Below, in pieces: positions 7,979 through 18,151 of a stretch of 64,000 nucleotides of DNA. Below the pieces are notes generated by a model. The model had not been told where the DNA came from. It searched no databases and saw only the letters and a list, made by a program, of their open reading frames with translations. Each line of letters opens with the position of its first letter. Positions within the stretch are counted from its first letter, which is position 1. Source of the stretch: Clostridiales bacterium (lineage in GTDB: Bacteria; Acidobacteriota; Aminicenantia; Aminicenantales; UBA8522); the NCBI GenBank assembly GCA_029907205.1, contig JARYMI010000017.1, positions 21-64,020 of the forward strand, read 5' to 3'. The translations under genes and the position numbers were made by a program.

Positions 7979-9049
7979 ATGCAAAGAAATTTTTCCTTAG
8001 ACGGATTGGTCTTTGTTTTCATCCTCTTATCTCCGTTCTTCTTGTTCCTCCTCCAGGGCTGTGACTCCAGGCCGGCTCAGGGGCTCGAAAACCGCGGTAA
8101 CCAGGCCGCTAATCTTTGCCAGGAGGCCACGACTGTGAAAAAAATCATCAAAACCGACGAGGAGTGGAAGAAGGTTCTGACACCCGAGGAGTACCGGGTG
8201 CTCCGCCGGTCCGGGACAGAGAGAGCCTTCACCGGAAAATACAATGACCATTATGAACGGGGGATTTATGCTTGCGCCGCCTGCGGCACTCCCCTTTTTA
8301 GCTCAGAGTCAAAGTACGACCACGGCACTGGCTGGCCAAGTTTTTTGGCTCCCGTTGATGAAAATCATATCGAGTACCGCAGCGACTATTCCTTCCTCGC
8401 AAAACGGGTCGAAGTGAGATGCGCCGCTTGCGGCTCTCATCTCGGCCATGTTTTTGACGACGGGCCGCCCCCGACGGGCAAGCATTACTGCATCAACTCG
8501 GCCGCCCTGGAATTCATGCCGGCTGATGCCGCAGAAAAAAAAGAGGCACGGGAGAAGTCATCTCAAGAAAAACAGGCCTCCCAGGCAACGGACAGAGCCA
8601 CTTTCGCTGCCGGTTGCTTCTGGGGAGTCGAGGACAAGTTCCTCCAAATCCCGGGGGTCCTTTCTACCCGGGTTGGCTACACGGGCGGCACCGTCAAGAA
8701 CCCAACGTACAAGCTTGTCTGCTCGGACACAACCGGCCACGCCGAAGCCGTCGAGATTGTCTTTGACCCGGCCGTCGTCTCCTACCAGGCACTTTTGGAG
8801 CGTTTCTTTGACTTCCACGACCCGACTCAGGTCAACCGGCAGGGACCAGACGTTGGAACTCAGTACAGGTCGGCGATCTTTTATCACAATGACGAGCAGA
8901 AAAAGGCGGCTCTGGAAATGATCGAAAAACTAACCAGGGAGAAAAAATTTGACCGGCCTATCGCCACTCTCGTTATCCCCGCTGGGGAGTTCTACCAGGC
9001 CGAAGATTACCACCAGAAATACTACCAGAAACTAAGAAAAAGCCGGTGA
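7979..9049 (+). CDS. msrAB: Bifunctional peptide methionine sulfoxide reductase, MsrB-MsrA order, probable lipoprotein
   Basis: MsrB: GTERAF, CAAC twice, GWPSF, HLGHVF.DGP, YCINS. MsrA: AGCFWG, GHAEAV, RQGPDVGTQYRS, AEDYHQKY. Signal ends LLQGC. ATG 7979 preferred over TTG 7889. Confidence 0.92.
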   Translation: MQRNFSLDGLVFVFILLSPFFLFLLQGCDSRPAQGLENRGNQAANLCQEATTVKKIIKTDEEWKKVLTPEEYRVLRRSGTERAFTGKYNDHYERGIYACAACGTPLFSSESKYDHGTGWPSFLAPVDENHIEYRSDYSFLAKRVEVRCAACGSHLGHVFDDGPPPTGKHYCINSAALEFMPADAAEKKEAREKSSQEKQASQATDRATFAAGCFWGVEDKFLQIPGVLSTRVGYTGGTVKNPTYKLVCSDTTGHAEAVEIVFDPAVVSYQALLERFFDFHDPTQVNRQGPDVGTQYRSAIFYHNDEQKKAALEMIEKLTREKKFDRPIATLVIPAGEFYQAEDYHQKYYQKLRKSR

Positions 9050-9099
9050 GCAGGCTGAATTAATCAAACGTCTGTGCTGTGATGCTTTTCTTTGAAGAT

Positions 9100-10533
9100 T
9101 TAATGCGGGGCTTTGTCCCCTGGCTGATGGAATTTGTTGATATGCTGACCGGAGTTTCCGGACGCATGGACTCGCTCCCGTCTCCTCGCCATGAATGCTC
9201 CCGCCGCAAAGGCCGCCAGCGCTCCCAGGATTGACGTCATGAACGGCGCTTCGAGTCCAAGGACATAGGAAAAAAGCGGGGTCAGCACAAGCCCTGCGGC
9301 CAGCGCGCTCATGGCTGCAGCGCCTCCGCCGACTCGGGTAAAGAGCCCCATGAGAGTGACCACGAGAATCCCGGCCGTCCCGAACGAGGAGGCTGTGAGG
9401 ACGAGCTCGTATATTCCCTTGGCGTGAACGGCAATCACGTAGGCAAGAACTCCCGAGGCAAGCACAACCAGCCGGGCGCTCAAGACCCGTGTCTTTTCTC
9501 TTTTGAGGCCGAACAGGGGGACAAGCAGGTTATGCGAAACCAGCGCGGAGATTGCCAGCAGGATACTATCAACCGTGGAGATGATAGCTGAAATCAGGGC
9601 GCTGGAAAAGACGACGAAGAGCAGCCGGGGCAAGTTTTGCCCTGCCAGCCTGATCAAGAACTGCTCCGGGGCAGCCACTCCCGGAAGGATGTTCGGGCCG
9701 ACCAGCCCAAGAAGAACGGGGATCGAACCCAGGCTCAGGTAGATCCCACAGGCCAGGAAACTCGCTCTTCTGGCTACAGACACGGACTTGGCTGCGAGAA
9801 CCCTGGAGATCGCCTCCTGGGTGACGAGCGAACCCAGCACAGGGACCATCCACCTGTCCATCCTCTGAAGAAGAGTCTCTGTGGGCCCGATAAACCTCAG
9901 CCGTCCAGGATCCATGCTCCCCAGCATTTCCCTCCAGCCGTGAAAACTCTGAAAACAGACGAAAAAAAGAACAATGAGACCGAGGAAGATGAAAAATCCC
10001 TGGATGATGTCCGTGTAGATGTCACCGAGCATCCCGCCCATCAAGGTGTAGACAAGGACGAAAAGCGCGGCTGCCGTGATGGCCGGAGTCACAGGCAGAG
10101 GCGTGGTCGAGGCAATGACCTGACCGAAAGCCCTGATCTGCGCCGCTCCCCAGATCAGAGAGGAAGGGATCATAATCCAGACAGCCATCTTCTCGACGCA
10201 AACGCCGAAGCGTTCCCGGTAGTAATCGGCCAGGGTGATATAGTTACCCCCCCGGAGACGGCCGGCCAGAATAAGCCCCATCAGGAAGAGGCAAAGGCTG
10301 AACCCGAAAGGGTCGGCCCGGCTGCCCGACAATCCCTGGCGATAGACAGCGGCCGAGGAGCCCATGCATGTTTCGGCGCCAAACCAAGTGGCAAAAAGCG
10401 AAAACGCGACCATGATGAGCGGCAGGTTGCGGCCGCCGAGAAAAAAATCGCTCTCCGAACGGATCCGCCTCGAGATCCAGAGGCCGATCGCCAGCTGCAC
10501 CACCATGAAGGCCAGGATGAACAGCCAGGTCAT
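9100..10533 (-). CDS. Sodium:solute symporter family protein
   Basis: DFFLGGRNLP, SLFATWFGAET, YTLMGGM...YTDIIQ, SAIISTVDS; about 13 hydrophobic segments. Confidence 0.9.
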   Translation of the reverse strand: MTWLFILAFMVVQLAIGLWISRRIRSESDFFLGGRNLPLIMVAFSLFATWFGAETCMGSSAAVYRQGLSGSRADPFGFSLCLFLMGLILAGRLRGGNYITLADYYRERFGVCVEKMAVWIMIPSSLIWGAAQIRAFGQVIASTTPLPVTPAITAAALFVLVYTLMGGMLGDIYTDIIQGFFIFLGLIVLFFVCFQSFHGWREMLGSMDPGRLRFIGPTETLLQRMDRWMVPVLGSLVTQEAISRVLAAKSVSVARRASFLACGIYLSLGSIPVLLGLVGPNILPGVAAPEQFLIRLAGQNLPRLLFVVFSSALISAIISTVDSILLAISALVSHNLLVPLFGLKREKTRVLSARLVVLASGVLAYVIAVHAKGIYELVLTASSFGTAGILVVTLMGLFTRVGGGAAAMSALAAGLVLTPLFSYVLGLEAPFMTSILGALAAFAAGAFMARRRERVHASGNSGQHINKFHQPGDKAPH

Positions 10534-10765
10534 TAAAGGTACCCTCTGACGATAATGGAGAGGAGGTTGGACTCGGTTTGAGAAGAAAACACCTCGCGCA
10601 CAGGCTCTCGCCCCACTAACCCGAGCTATTCACAATAATGCAAATAACCCAGGTCAAATAATTTTTTGGGAATTTATACATAACGAAGATTCTGTTGTCA
10701 ATAGGCCGAGAAAGCCAGCCGTCTTGTCCTCTGGCGAGCGCGGTGCTAAAATGTATAGTGCTTCC

Positions 10766-11926
10766 ATGCGGACAATTCTTTTCACCGGGAAAGGAGGAGT
10801 GGGTAAAACCACCCTTGCCGCGGCCACGGCTCTTCTCTGCGCTCGACGCGGGCATAAAACGCTGGTGATCTCGACAGACGCCGCCCACAGCCTCTCCGAT
10901 TCCTTCGAGGTCCAACTGGGCAACTCGCCCCAGCCGATCGTTCCCAATCTTTTCGGCCAGGAAGTTAACGCCTTAGAGGAGATTGAGAAAAAATGGGGAG
11001 AAATCAAAACCTATCTCACAGCCCTGTTTGCCTCTCAGGGCGTTGACACGATCGAGGCCGAGGAGCTGAGCGTCTTCCCGGGCATGGAAGAACTTTTCAG
11101 CTTGATGGAAATCCGGCGATACAGCCTGACTTCCGAGTATGAGGTCGTTGTCGTCGATTGCGCGCCGACCGGCGACACTCTCCGCCTTCTCAGCGCGCCG
11201 GAGATCACGAGCTGGTATCTCAAGCACATCTTCCCCATCCAGAGAACCGCGGCCAAGGCGGTGCGTCCGGTGGCCAACCGCATCCTGCCGTTCCCTTTTC
11301 CCGAAGACAGCGTCTTCGAGGCCATGAAAAAGCTGACCACACAGCTCGCCGAAATGAAGGGCATCCTCGAGGATCACCGCCGGACTTCCATCCGCCTCGT
11401 CATCAACCCCGAGAAAATGGTCATCAAGGAAGCCCAGCGGGCTTTTACATTTTTCAGCCTGTTCGGCTACAGCGTGGACTTGATCATTGTCAACCGCATC
11501 ATCCCTGGTGCTGTGCAGGATCCCCACTTTAAAACCTGGAAGACCATCCAGGAGGCATACCTTCGCCAGGTCGAGGAGAACTTCGCGCCTCTCCCGATCT
11601 TTTCGGCCGAGCTCTACAGCCGGGAGATCGTCGGGCTCGACCTCCTGGCCGAGCTGGGCCGGAGTATCTACAGCGACGCCGATCCCGCCGGCCTCTTCTT
11701 CGCTCACAACCCGATCCAGATTAAGAAAGCCGACGGCAAGCTCATTCTCTCTGTCCATCTTCCCTTCGTCGAGAAGAGCGACCTTGACCTCCTGCAAAAG
11801 GGGGAGGAACTCTTTATCAAAGTGGGGAGTCTCAAAAGGAACATCCTTCTTCCCCGGATCATGCTCAACCACGCTATTGAGGGAGCCAAGCTTGAGAAGG
11901 GCAGGCTGAAAATAACATTCGTGTAG
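10766..11926 (+). CDS. ArsA/Get3(TRC40)-family ATPase with C-terminal HSP20/alpha-crystallin-like domain
   Basis: GKGGVGKTT, STDAAHSLSD, DCAPTG.TLRLL, NPEKMVIKEA; C-terminal LHLPFV..DLDL...EL.I.VG..KRNI.LP...AKL..GRL.ITF. Start chosen at MRTILFTGKGG. Confidence 0.88.
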   Translation: MRTILFTGKGGVGKTTLAAATALLCARRGHKTLVISTDAAHSLSDSFEVQLGNSPQPIVPNLFGQEVNALEEIEKKWGEIKTYLTALFASQGVDTIEAEELSVFPGMEELFSLMEIRRYSLTSEYEVVVVDCAPTGDTLRLLSAPEITSWYLKHIFPIQRTAAKAVRPVANRILPFPFPEDSVFEAMKKLTTQLAEMKGILEDHRRTSIRLVINPEKMVIKEAQRAFTFFSLFGYSVDLIIVNRIIPGAVQDPHFKTWKTIQEAYLRQVEENFAPLPIFSAELYSREIVGLDLLAELGRSIYSDADPAGLFFAHNPIQIKKADGKLILSVHLPFVEKSDLDLLQKGEELFIKVGSLKRNILLPRIMLNHAIEGAKLEKGRLKITFV

Positions 11927-11956
11927 CCATAAATTTCTCCGAAAGGAGGTGAGAGC

Positions 11957-12166
11957 ATGGCCGCCGAGAAAATGCGCGAAATCAGGATATCGATTCCCGA
12001 GGAACTCTTCTCTTTCATCATTCCTTCCCGCACGAATGAGCATCTCCTCCGAGCCAGGAAAGAAATCCTTTTGGCTCTTCGCTCCCTGATCGATGCCCGG
12101 ATCGAATCCCTGGAAAAGCGGGCTGAGCCGAAGCCGGAGACAAAGAAAAAAATCAAGGTCGAGTAG
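11957..12166 (+). CDS. Small helical hypothetical protein with C-terminal IxV motif
   Basis: Strong SD AAGGAGGTGA; amphipathic helix EHLLRARKEILLALRSLID; ends KKKIKVE. Confidence 0.75.
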   Translation: MAAEKMREIRISIPEELFSFIIPSRTNEHLLRARKEILLALRSLIDARIESLEKRAEPKPETKKKIKVE

Positions 12167-12170
12167 AAAG

Positions 12171-12199
12171 TTGACTTGATAGCCTATTCGTATTAGATT
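12171..12199 (+). promoter_or_regulatory. Sigma-70 promoter for the CDP-alcohol phosphatidyltransferase/ino1 pair
   Basis: TTGACT-17-TAGATT. Confidence 0.5.
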
Positions 12200-12222
12200 A
12201 GTTTATCTTTGTCATAAGACCC

Positions 12223-12891
12223 ATGGTCCAAACCTGCCCTTCTGAGGCTTCCAGCGGAAAAATCAGGTTGCTTAATGCCGTGCCGCAGAAGCTGATTCGG
12301 GGTATCCACGCAAGCCTCGACAGACTTGCTGATTTCCTGACGGGATTCCACACGAGTCCTAATATCATCACGGTCCTCGGGCTTCTGGCCGGGTTGGCCA
12401 GCGGACTCCTTTTTGCCATCGACCGTCCGCTCGGCGCGGCCGGACTCATCATCATCTGCGGCCTCCTCGATATCCTGGACGGCAAGGTCGCAACAAGAGG
12501 CAAAAGGCAAAGCCTTTATGGGGCCATTTTCGACTCGACGCTCGACAGATACTCGGAGTTTTTCATCTATCTCGGCCTGGCCGTCCATTTCCGCAACCGC
12601 TGGCCCCTCTGGGTTGTTTTTCTCACCTTCCTGGGTTCGACGATGGTAAGTTATACCCGCGCAAGGGCTGAGGGCTTGGGCATCGAATGCCGAGAGGGAC
12701 TGATGCAGCGGGCGGAACGACTGATTCTTCTTGTGCTCGGCTCTCTCATCGGGTCGCTTTTGAAAGCATTCGACCCTGTGATGACCGCCGTATTGATTTT
12801 CATCGCCCTCGTCTCTAACATAACGGCTTTCCAGAGGACGTTTCTTGTCAAAAAAGTCGAAAAAAACCTTAAAACCCACAAGGAGGTCTAA
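12223..12891 (+). CDS. CDP-alcohol phosphatidyltransferase, phosphatidylinositol-phosphate synthase type
   Basis: [13 protein letters not shown]...[17 protein letters not shown]...GLMQRAER; directly upstream of ino1. True start may lie further downstream. Confidence 0.8.
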   Translation: MVQTCPSEASSGKIRLLNAVPQKLIRGIHASLDRLADFLTGFHTSPNIITVLGLLAGLASGLLFAIDRPLGAAGLIIICGLLDILDGKVATRGKRQSLYGAIFDSTLDRYSEFFIYLGLAVHFRNRWPLWVVFLTFLGSTMVSYTRARAEGLGIECREGLMQRAERLILLVLGSLIGSLLKAFDPVMTAVLIFIALVSNITAFQRTFLVKKVEKNLKTHKEV

Positions 12892-12895
12892 AGGC

Positions 12896-14035
12896 ATGGA
12901 CAAAATCAGGGTTGCCATCATCGGCGTCGGAAATTGCGCCTCGTCACTTGTCCAGGGTATTGAATACTATAAGAAAGCCAAAGAAGGCGATTTTATTCCC
13001 GGCGTTATGCATGTGAACCTAGGCGGCTACCACATCCGTGATATCGAATTCTCCGCAGCCTTTGACATCGACAAGAACAAGGTTGGAAAGGACTTAAGCG
13101 AAGCCATCTTCACATGGCCGAACAACACGACAAAATTTTCCGAGGTCCCCCGTCTTAACGTTCCCGTCCACAGGGGCATGACCCATGACGGGCTCGGCAA
13201 GTACCTCTCCCAGATCATCCAGAAGGCACCGGGCGCAACAGCCGACATCGTCTCCATCCTCAGGGAGACAAAAACGGATGTCGTCATCAGCTATCTCCCG
13301 GTAGGAAGCGAGGAGGCCACGAAATGGTACGTCGAGCAGGTGCTCGACGCCGGCTGCGCTTTCATCAACTGCATTCCCGTTTTCATTGCCAGCGAAAAAT
13401 ACTGGCAGAGGAGGTTCGAGAAAAAGGGGCTGCCCGTCATCGGCGACGATATCAAGTCGCAGGTTGGGGCGACCATCCTCCATCGCACCCTGGTCAACCT
13501 TTATCTCGACCGTGGCATGCCGATTGAAAAGACCTACCAATTGAACACGGGGGGCAACACGGACTTCCTGAACATGCTGGAAAGGGAGAGGCTCCATTCC
13601 AAAAAAATTTCCAAGACCAACGCTGTCGTCTCCCAGATCAAGGCTCGCGGCCTGACGATCGCCCCCGAAAACGTCCATGTCGGCCCGAGCGACTATGTCC
13701 CCTGGCAAAAGGATAACAAACTCTGCTTCCTTCGCATCGAGAGCCGGCATTTTGGCGACGTTCCCACTACCTTGGAATGCAGGCTTTCTGTAGAAGATTC
13801 ACCCAATTCAGCCGGAGTCGTTATCGACGCTATCCGCTGCGCCAAGCTGGCCCTGAATAACGGCCTTTCAGGGGCTCTTTTCGGACCGTCATCCTACTTC
13901 ATGAAAACTCCCCCGAGGCAATACACCGACACCGAGGCCAGGGAACTCACCGAAAAATTCATCGCTTCGTACGGCAAAAAAGCCGCCGGTCCGAAGCCGA
14001 GAAAAAAAGCGCCAAAAAGAAAGAGCCGGAAATAA
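12896..14035 (+). CDS. ino1: myo-inositol-1(3)-phosphate synthase
   Basis: [65 protein letters not shown]. Confidence 0.95.
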   Translation: MDKIRVAIIGVGNCASSLVQGIEYYKKAKEGDFIPGVMHVNLGGYHIRDIEFSAAFDIDKNKVGKDLSEAIFTWPNNTTKFSEVPRLNVPVHRGMTHDGLGKYLSQIIQKAPGATADIVSILRETKTDVVISYLPVGSEEATKWYVEQVLDAGCAFINCIPVFIASEKYWQRRFEKKGLPVIGDDIKSQVGATILHRTLVNLYLDRGMPIEKTYQLNTGGNTDFLNMLERERLHSKKISKTNAVVSQIKARGLTIAPENVHVGPSDYVPWQKDNKLCFLRIESRHFGDVPTTLECRLSVEDSPNSAGVVIDAIRCAKLALNNGLSGALFGPSSYFMKTPPRQYTDTEARELTEKFIASYGKKAAGPKPRKKAPKRKSRK

Positions 14036-14097
14036 GCCTCCCCGGACAAGGGAAACCGTTTGCGGCCAGCGAAAATTTCGACAGGAGCAAACGCGTC

Positions 14098-16920
14098 ATG
14101 AGAAAAAAGACAGAAAAAAAAGTCTTTGCGGCAATGACGTTCGTTATCGCCGTCTCGAGCCTGCTTCAGGCCATTGAAACCGGAGAAATCAGGGGCAGAA
14201 TCTTCGATGATAAAGGCGCGAGCCTTCCGGGCGTTGAAGTCAGAGCCGCCAGCGCCGCTCTTCAGGGCACACGGACAGTTTTCAGTTCAAAAAACGGAGA
14301 GTTTACCTTTCCCCTCCTGCCGGTCGGAACATACACTCTGACCTTCCTGCAGGAAGGGTTTTCGACCCTAGTCGAGGAAAACGTCGTCGTCCGGCTGGGC
14401 CAGGTGACAAGCCTCAGCATAACAATGAAATTCACGGAAATCATGGAAGAGATCACTGTCACCGCCGAGACGCTTCTCATTGACAGGACAGCCAGCGACA
14501 CGAGCTTCCACCTGACGACGGCTGACCTGGAAAGACTGCCCGTCCAGAACCGGACTATTGTTGATGCCATCAAGTTCACGCCCGGTGTGACCGGGGTTCG
14601 CGTCAACACCCGCCGGGGCACGGCCACGGAAGGCCAACCGAGCTTCCGGGGGGAAGGAGAAGAAGGGAATTCCTGGATCGTCGACGGCCTGGCCGTGAGC
14701 GGCGTCAGGCTTAAAAACTCCGGCCTCAAGATCAACTTCGACAGCATCGAGGAAATCCAGGTCATCTCCGACCCGTTCAGCCCGGAATTCGCCTCCGCTT
14801 ACGGCGGAATTATCAACATGGTCACAAAAAGCGGCAGCAACGCCTTCAGCGGCGATATGGCCGTCCTCTTTACCAGCCGGAACCTCCAGGCCGCCCGCGA
14901 GAATCAACTTTCCACGGCGAGCGAACCAGAATTCTTCTTGGACACGACGACCTACTTCAACCTGGGTGGACCGGTGGTCAAAGACAGGCTGTGGTTTTTC
15001 ATCTCCAACAACTATTATCGAAACACGCTCGAAACAGAGGAAGGCGCGTTGGATTATTTCCGTATTCCCGCAGGCGAGCTGACGACTCACAACAACAACT
15101 TTTTTGCTAAGCTGACCTGCTCTCCTGGAAGCGGTCAAACCATCTCCCTGACCACGATTTTCGATAAATCCCTTCCCCAGAAAGGGGGAATAGGAGTGCC
15201 GGAGCTCTACGACGAAAAATCGTTCGCTAGCCTGGCCTTCCGGCTCAACTACAAAGCCATTCTCAATTCTTCGACATTTCTCGAAGCCGGACTGGGTCGG
15301 GCGAAAAGAGATTCCTCCGAGAAGCCGAAAGACGGCGACCTTGGCCCGGCTCAGTATTTTATCCAGGACCTGGGCCTGAACATCCGTAACTCTTACGGCA
15401 ACGTGGTCGACAACCAGAAAAGGCTCGATTTCAGCCTGAAGCTCACCAAGCACCAGGAGACGGATACTTTTGGACGCCATGAGATGAGCCTGGGTTTTGA
15501 GTATTATGATTTTTCCTCTGAGTTCAGCGTGGACTTCAGCGGAAAAGCAGAAGACCTTTTTCCCGGCAACGGGTTCGACACCGGGACCAAGTATTATTTT
15601 GAAACCTGGCAGAGCGGCCGCAAGACACCTACGTTTTTTTACGAGTACGGACCGTTCAGTTTCATCAACTCGGCCGCCGGCGTCGGCCTGTTTTTCAAGG
15701 ACAAAGTTACCTGGGGACGGGTGACCTTGATGGCCGGCCTGCGCAGCCAGACGCAGCGGTGCCTGGATGACCGCGGCCAGGTCCTATGGGCCTGGGGGTT
15801 GGACGACTTTATCTCGCCGCGTCTAACCCTGATATACGACATCACGGGCAACGGCGTCAATGTGCTCAAGTTAGGCTGGGGCCGCTTCTCCGACCTCATC
15901 ACGACCATGCCGCTCGGGTTTTTCAATTCCGGCGCCGGGCTGACTTTTCGCACCTACCGCTGGCAAGGAGGGACAAACCCCGCGGAAAGCGAGGTCCATG
16001 ACCCTTCATCCTGGAAGTTCGAGGCCGAGCAAAAAACTCAGCCTCTTGAAGTCAGCGAAGACATCAAGCCAAATTTTCTCACCCGCTACCTCGTTGAATT
16101 CAGCCGAAGGCTCAGCTCAAACTGGGCTCTTAAAGCCCGCTTCATCCACACAAGAGCGGATAAGTTGTTGGAAATCCTGGCCATCTTCGACCCGGCAAGC
16201 CTTTACAAGTTCCTGTATGATAATTTCGAGCACAAGAGGCGGCGGTACACGGGCTTCGAGGTCGAGGTCATCGGCCGGATCGGCCAGACGGTTTTCGTGA
16301 ATGGTTCTTATGCCCATTGCTCGGCCATGGGGACAAACCCCGGCCAGGTGGAGACAGGCTCCTACGCCCAGGAAGAGGGGAGCACGAACTATCTCGGGCT
16401 CTTCGGAAACCATCTCTATGTCCCTGACATCCCGGAACTAAAGGACATCAAAGCCTGGGTCGACAAGGTCCTGGGAGGGCTCGGAGGAAGGGGAATCGGG
16501 GATGAGGGCTGGTACGGCAAACTCCCCTACTCTGTGGACCACAACATCAAGCTCAACGCGGCTTCTCTTCTTCCTTACGGGATCCTTTTTTCCTCGGCTT
16601 TCGAGTATGTATCAGGCTATTATTGGGAAAAGCTCGGCTATGTCCCTTTTTTCGGCGGCTACTACGCGTTCCCCGAAGGCCGGGGCGCGCGGAAATCCCC
16701 TGGCCATTATTATCTGGATGTAGCTATCGAGAAAAGCTTCCAGCTGGGAGGCTTTCCCAGCCGTAAACCCTTGACTCTGTCTCTCAGGGCCGAAGTTTTC
16801 AACATTTTCAACGGCCAGAAGCCGATTTCATTTGTGAAAGAGGACACTCCTCTTTTCGGCCAGGTCTGGGGAAGACAGCAGCCGCGTCAGGCAAGAGTGA
16901 TGGCCAAGCTCAGCTGGTAA
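14098..16920 (+). CDS. TonB-dependent receptor with carboxypeptidase-regulatory-like N-domain (Oar-like)
   Basis: Signal peptide; G.I.G.I.D..G..LPGV..LPVGTYTL; plug motif GGIINMVTKSGSN.FSG; LGGP..KDRLWFF; C-terminal Trp. Confidence 0.88.
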   Translation: MRKKTEKKVFAAMTFVIAVSSLLQAIETGEIRGRIFDDKGASLPGVEVRAASAALQGTRTVFSSKNGEFTFPLLPVGTYTLTFLQEGFSTLVEENVVVRLGQVTSLSITMKFTEIMEEITVTAETLLIDRTASDTSFHLTTADLERLPVQNRTIVDAIKFTPGVTGVRVNTRRGTATEGQPSFRGEGEEGNSWIVDGLAVSGVRLKNSGLKINFDSIEEIQVISDPFSPEFASAYGGIINMVTKSGSNAFSGDMAVLFTSRNLQAARENQLSTASEPEFFLDTTTYFNLGGPVVKDRLWFFISNNYYRNTLETEEGALDYFRIPAGELTTHNNNFFAKLTCSPGSGQTISLTTIFDKSLPQKGGIGVPELYDEKSFASLAFRLNYKAILNSSTFLEAGLGRAKRDSSEKPKDGDLGPAQYFIQDLGLNIRNSYGNVVDNQKRLDFSLKLTKHQETDTFGRHEMSLGFEYYDFSSEFSVDFSGKAEDLFPGNGFDTGTKYYFETWQSGRKTPTFFYEYGPFSFINSAAGVGLFFKDKVTWGRVTLMAGLRSQTQRCLDDRGQVLWAWGLDDFISPRLTLIYDITGNGVNVLKLGWGRFSDLITTMPLGFFNSGAGLTFRTYRWQGGTNPAESEVHDPSSWKFEAEQKTQPLEVSEDIKPNFLTRYLVEFSRRLSSNWALKARFIHTRADKLLEILAIFDPASLYKFLYDNFEHKRRRYTGFEVEVIGRIGQTVFVNGSYAHCSAMGTNPGQVETGSYAQEEGSTNYLGLFGNHLYVPDIPELKDIKAWVDKVLGGLGGRGIGDEGWYGKLPYSVDHNIKLNAASLLPYGILFSSAFEYVSGYYWEKLGYVPFFGGYYAFPEGRGARKSPGHYYLDVAIEKSFQLGGFPSRKPLTLSLRAEVFNIFNGQKPISFVKEDTPLFGQVWGRQQPRQARVMAKLSW

Positions 16921-16984
16921 AACACTGGGGACAGCTTACGTGTTTACCCAATTTTATCTTTCAGATTTTTCTTGAAACTCGAGA

Positions 16985-18007
16985 TCAGCCCTTCTTTTTG
17001 TAACCCGCGGGCACCTGAAAATCAGCGGCTCCGAGCGCGGGAGTCGAGATTCCGAGGACCTCGGTGCGATAGGCAAGAACGGGTTCGTTGGCGCTTTCAG
17101 TCGCTACCGGTTTCTTCTTCAGCGTCTTCTTGAGCAACCCACCCAGGCGGCCCTTGACATCCGTCGCCGACGGCTCCTCTTCAGGTTCCGCCGCTGCGCC
17201 CGCCGGCTTCTCGCCGCTGATGAAATACTTGCCGTCGATGACGACCGGATAGCCTTTGATTTTCTCCATTTCAGACGCCGCCTTGGAATAGTCGCGGCTC
17301 GGACGGCCCTTCATTTGACCGAAGGAATCTAAGATGGCCATCCATCGGACGCCGAGCACATCTTCCTCCATCTTTCCGGCCTCGATGCCGAGTTTTTCCA
17401 GGTAGGCGACCGCAAACTTCATTTCCTCGTCCCTGGCTTTCTCGAGCGTGTCATTCAGCGGCGTCGTCCAGACGAGCGTTTCCAGGCGGCTTGCCCCCTT
17501 TTCGCCTGTCTCGACGTCTTCCCATTCAAGGAGCCAGAGGACGAGGTACTTGCGGACGGGGAAATTGTTGATCGTCGATTCTTCTCCCGTGTCCTCGACC
17601 TTGAATTCGTTTTTTGTGACTTTGACCTTGCCCTCCGCTTCCTCCTCTTCCTTGATTTCCTCCCCGGTCCCAGCCATCTCTTTCAGCTTCTCGATGGGAC
17701 TAACCGTGTATTCTTTCTTTTTGTTGTCCAGCCGGTAGAGGGTCGCGGCCGGCAGGTCAATGATCTCGCCGGTGTCACCTGACCTGAGGATGGTCTTTGC
17801 CGCCAGGCCTCCGGCCAGCCCCTGGCCTTTGAAATCGCTCAGCATGTTTGACCATCTTTGTTCGGCCGTCAGCTTGTCGCTCTGGGCCAGGCTGAATTTG
17901 CCGAAACCCCGGAACGTGATATCCGATTTGGTCTTTTTGACCACTCCGGAAAAGCCCGGCGCGGCAAGAATCAGAAGGACAGCGCAGATAGCAACCGTTT
18001 TTCTCAT
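16985..18007 (-). CDS. Secreted hypothetical protein (DUF4412-like)
   Basis: Signal peptide; IIDL....Y.LD..KKEY, GYPV and terminal DF.VPAGYKK motifs. Confidence 0.6.
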   Translation of the reverse strand: MRKTVAICAVLLILAAPGFSGVVKKTKSDITFRGFGKFSLAQSDKLTAEQRWSNMLSDFKGQGLAGGLAAKTILRSGDTGEIIDLPAATLYRLDNKKKEYTVSPIEKLKEMAGTGEEIKEEEEAEGKVKVTKNEFKVEDTGEESTINNFPVRKYLVLWLLEWEDVETGEKGASRLETLVWTTPLNDTLEKARDEEMKFAVAYLEKLGIEAGKMEEDVLGVRWMAILDSFGQMKGRPSRDYSKAASEMEKIKGYPVVIDGKYFISGEKPAGAAAEPEEEPSATDVKGRLGGLLKKTLKKKPVATESANEPVLAYRTEVLGISTPALGAADFQVPAGYKKKG

Positions 18008-18046
18008 TTGGCTTCCTCTCCTCGATACCCTATTTTTCCTATAAAA

Positions 18047-18074
18047 ATTATATATTAAGTAGAGATTAAGTCAA
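18047..18074 (-). promoter_or_regulatory. Sigma-70 promoter for 16985-18007
   Basis: Minus strand TTGACT-16-TATAAT. Confidence 0.55.
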
Positions 18075-18151
18075 CTGCCTCAATTTCTTTCTCTCTTTCG
18101 TTGTCATCGCTCTCCGAAAAAATTCAATCGTCCGCCTGCCTGGATAAAGAG

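Noticed and set aside
10766-11926. Arsenic-resistance operon
   Set aside because: Single ATPase domain with an HSP20-like tail and no arsB, arsR, arsC or arsD neighbours.
16925-16950. GGGGAC-type motif recurring in spacers (also near 35154, 44488 and 44510) as possible REP ends
   Set aside because: Only 6-8 nt are shared, which is not distinguishable from chance without a genome-wide count.
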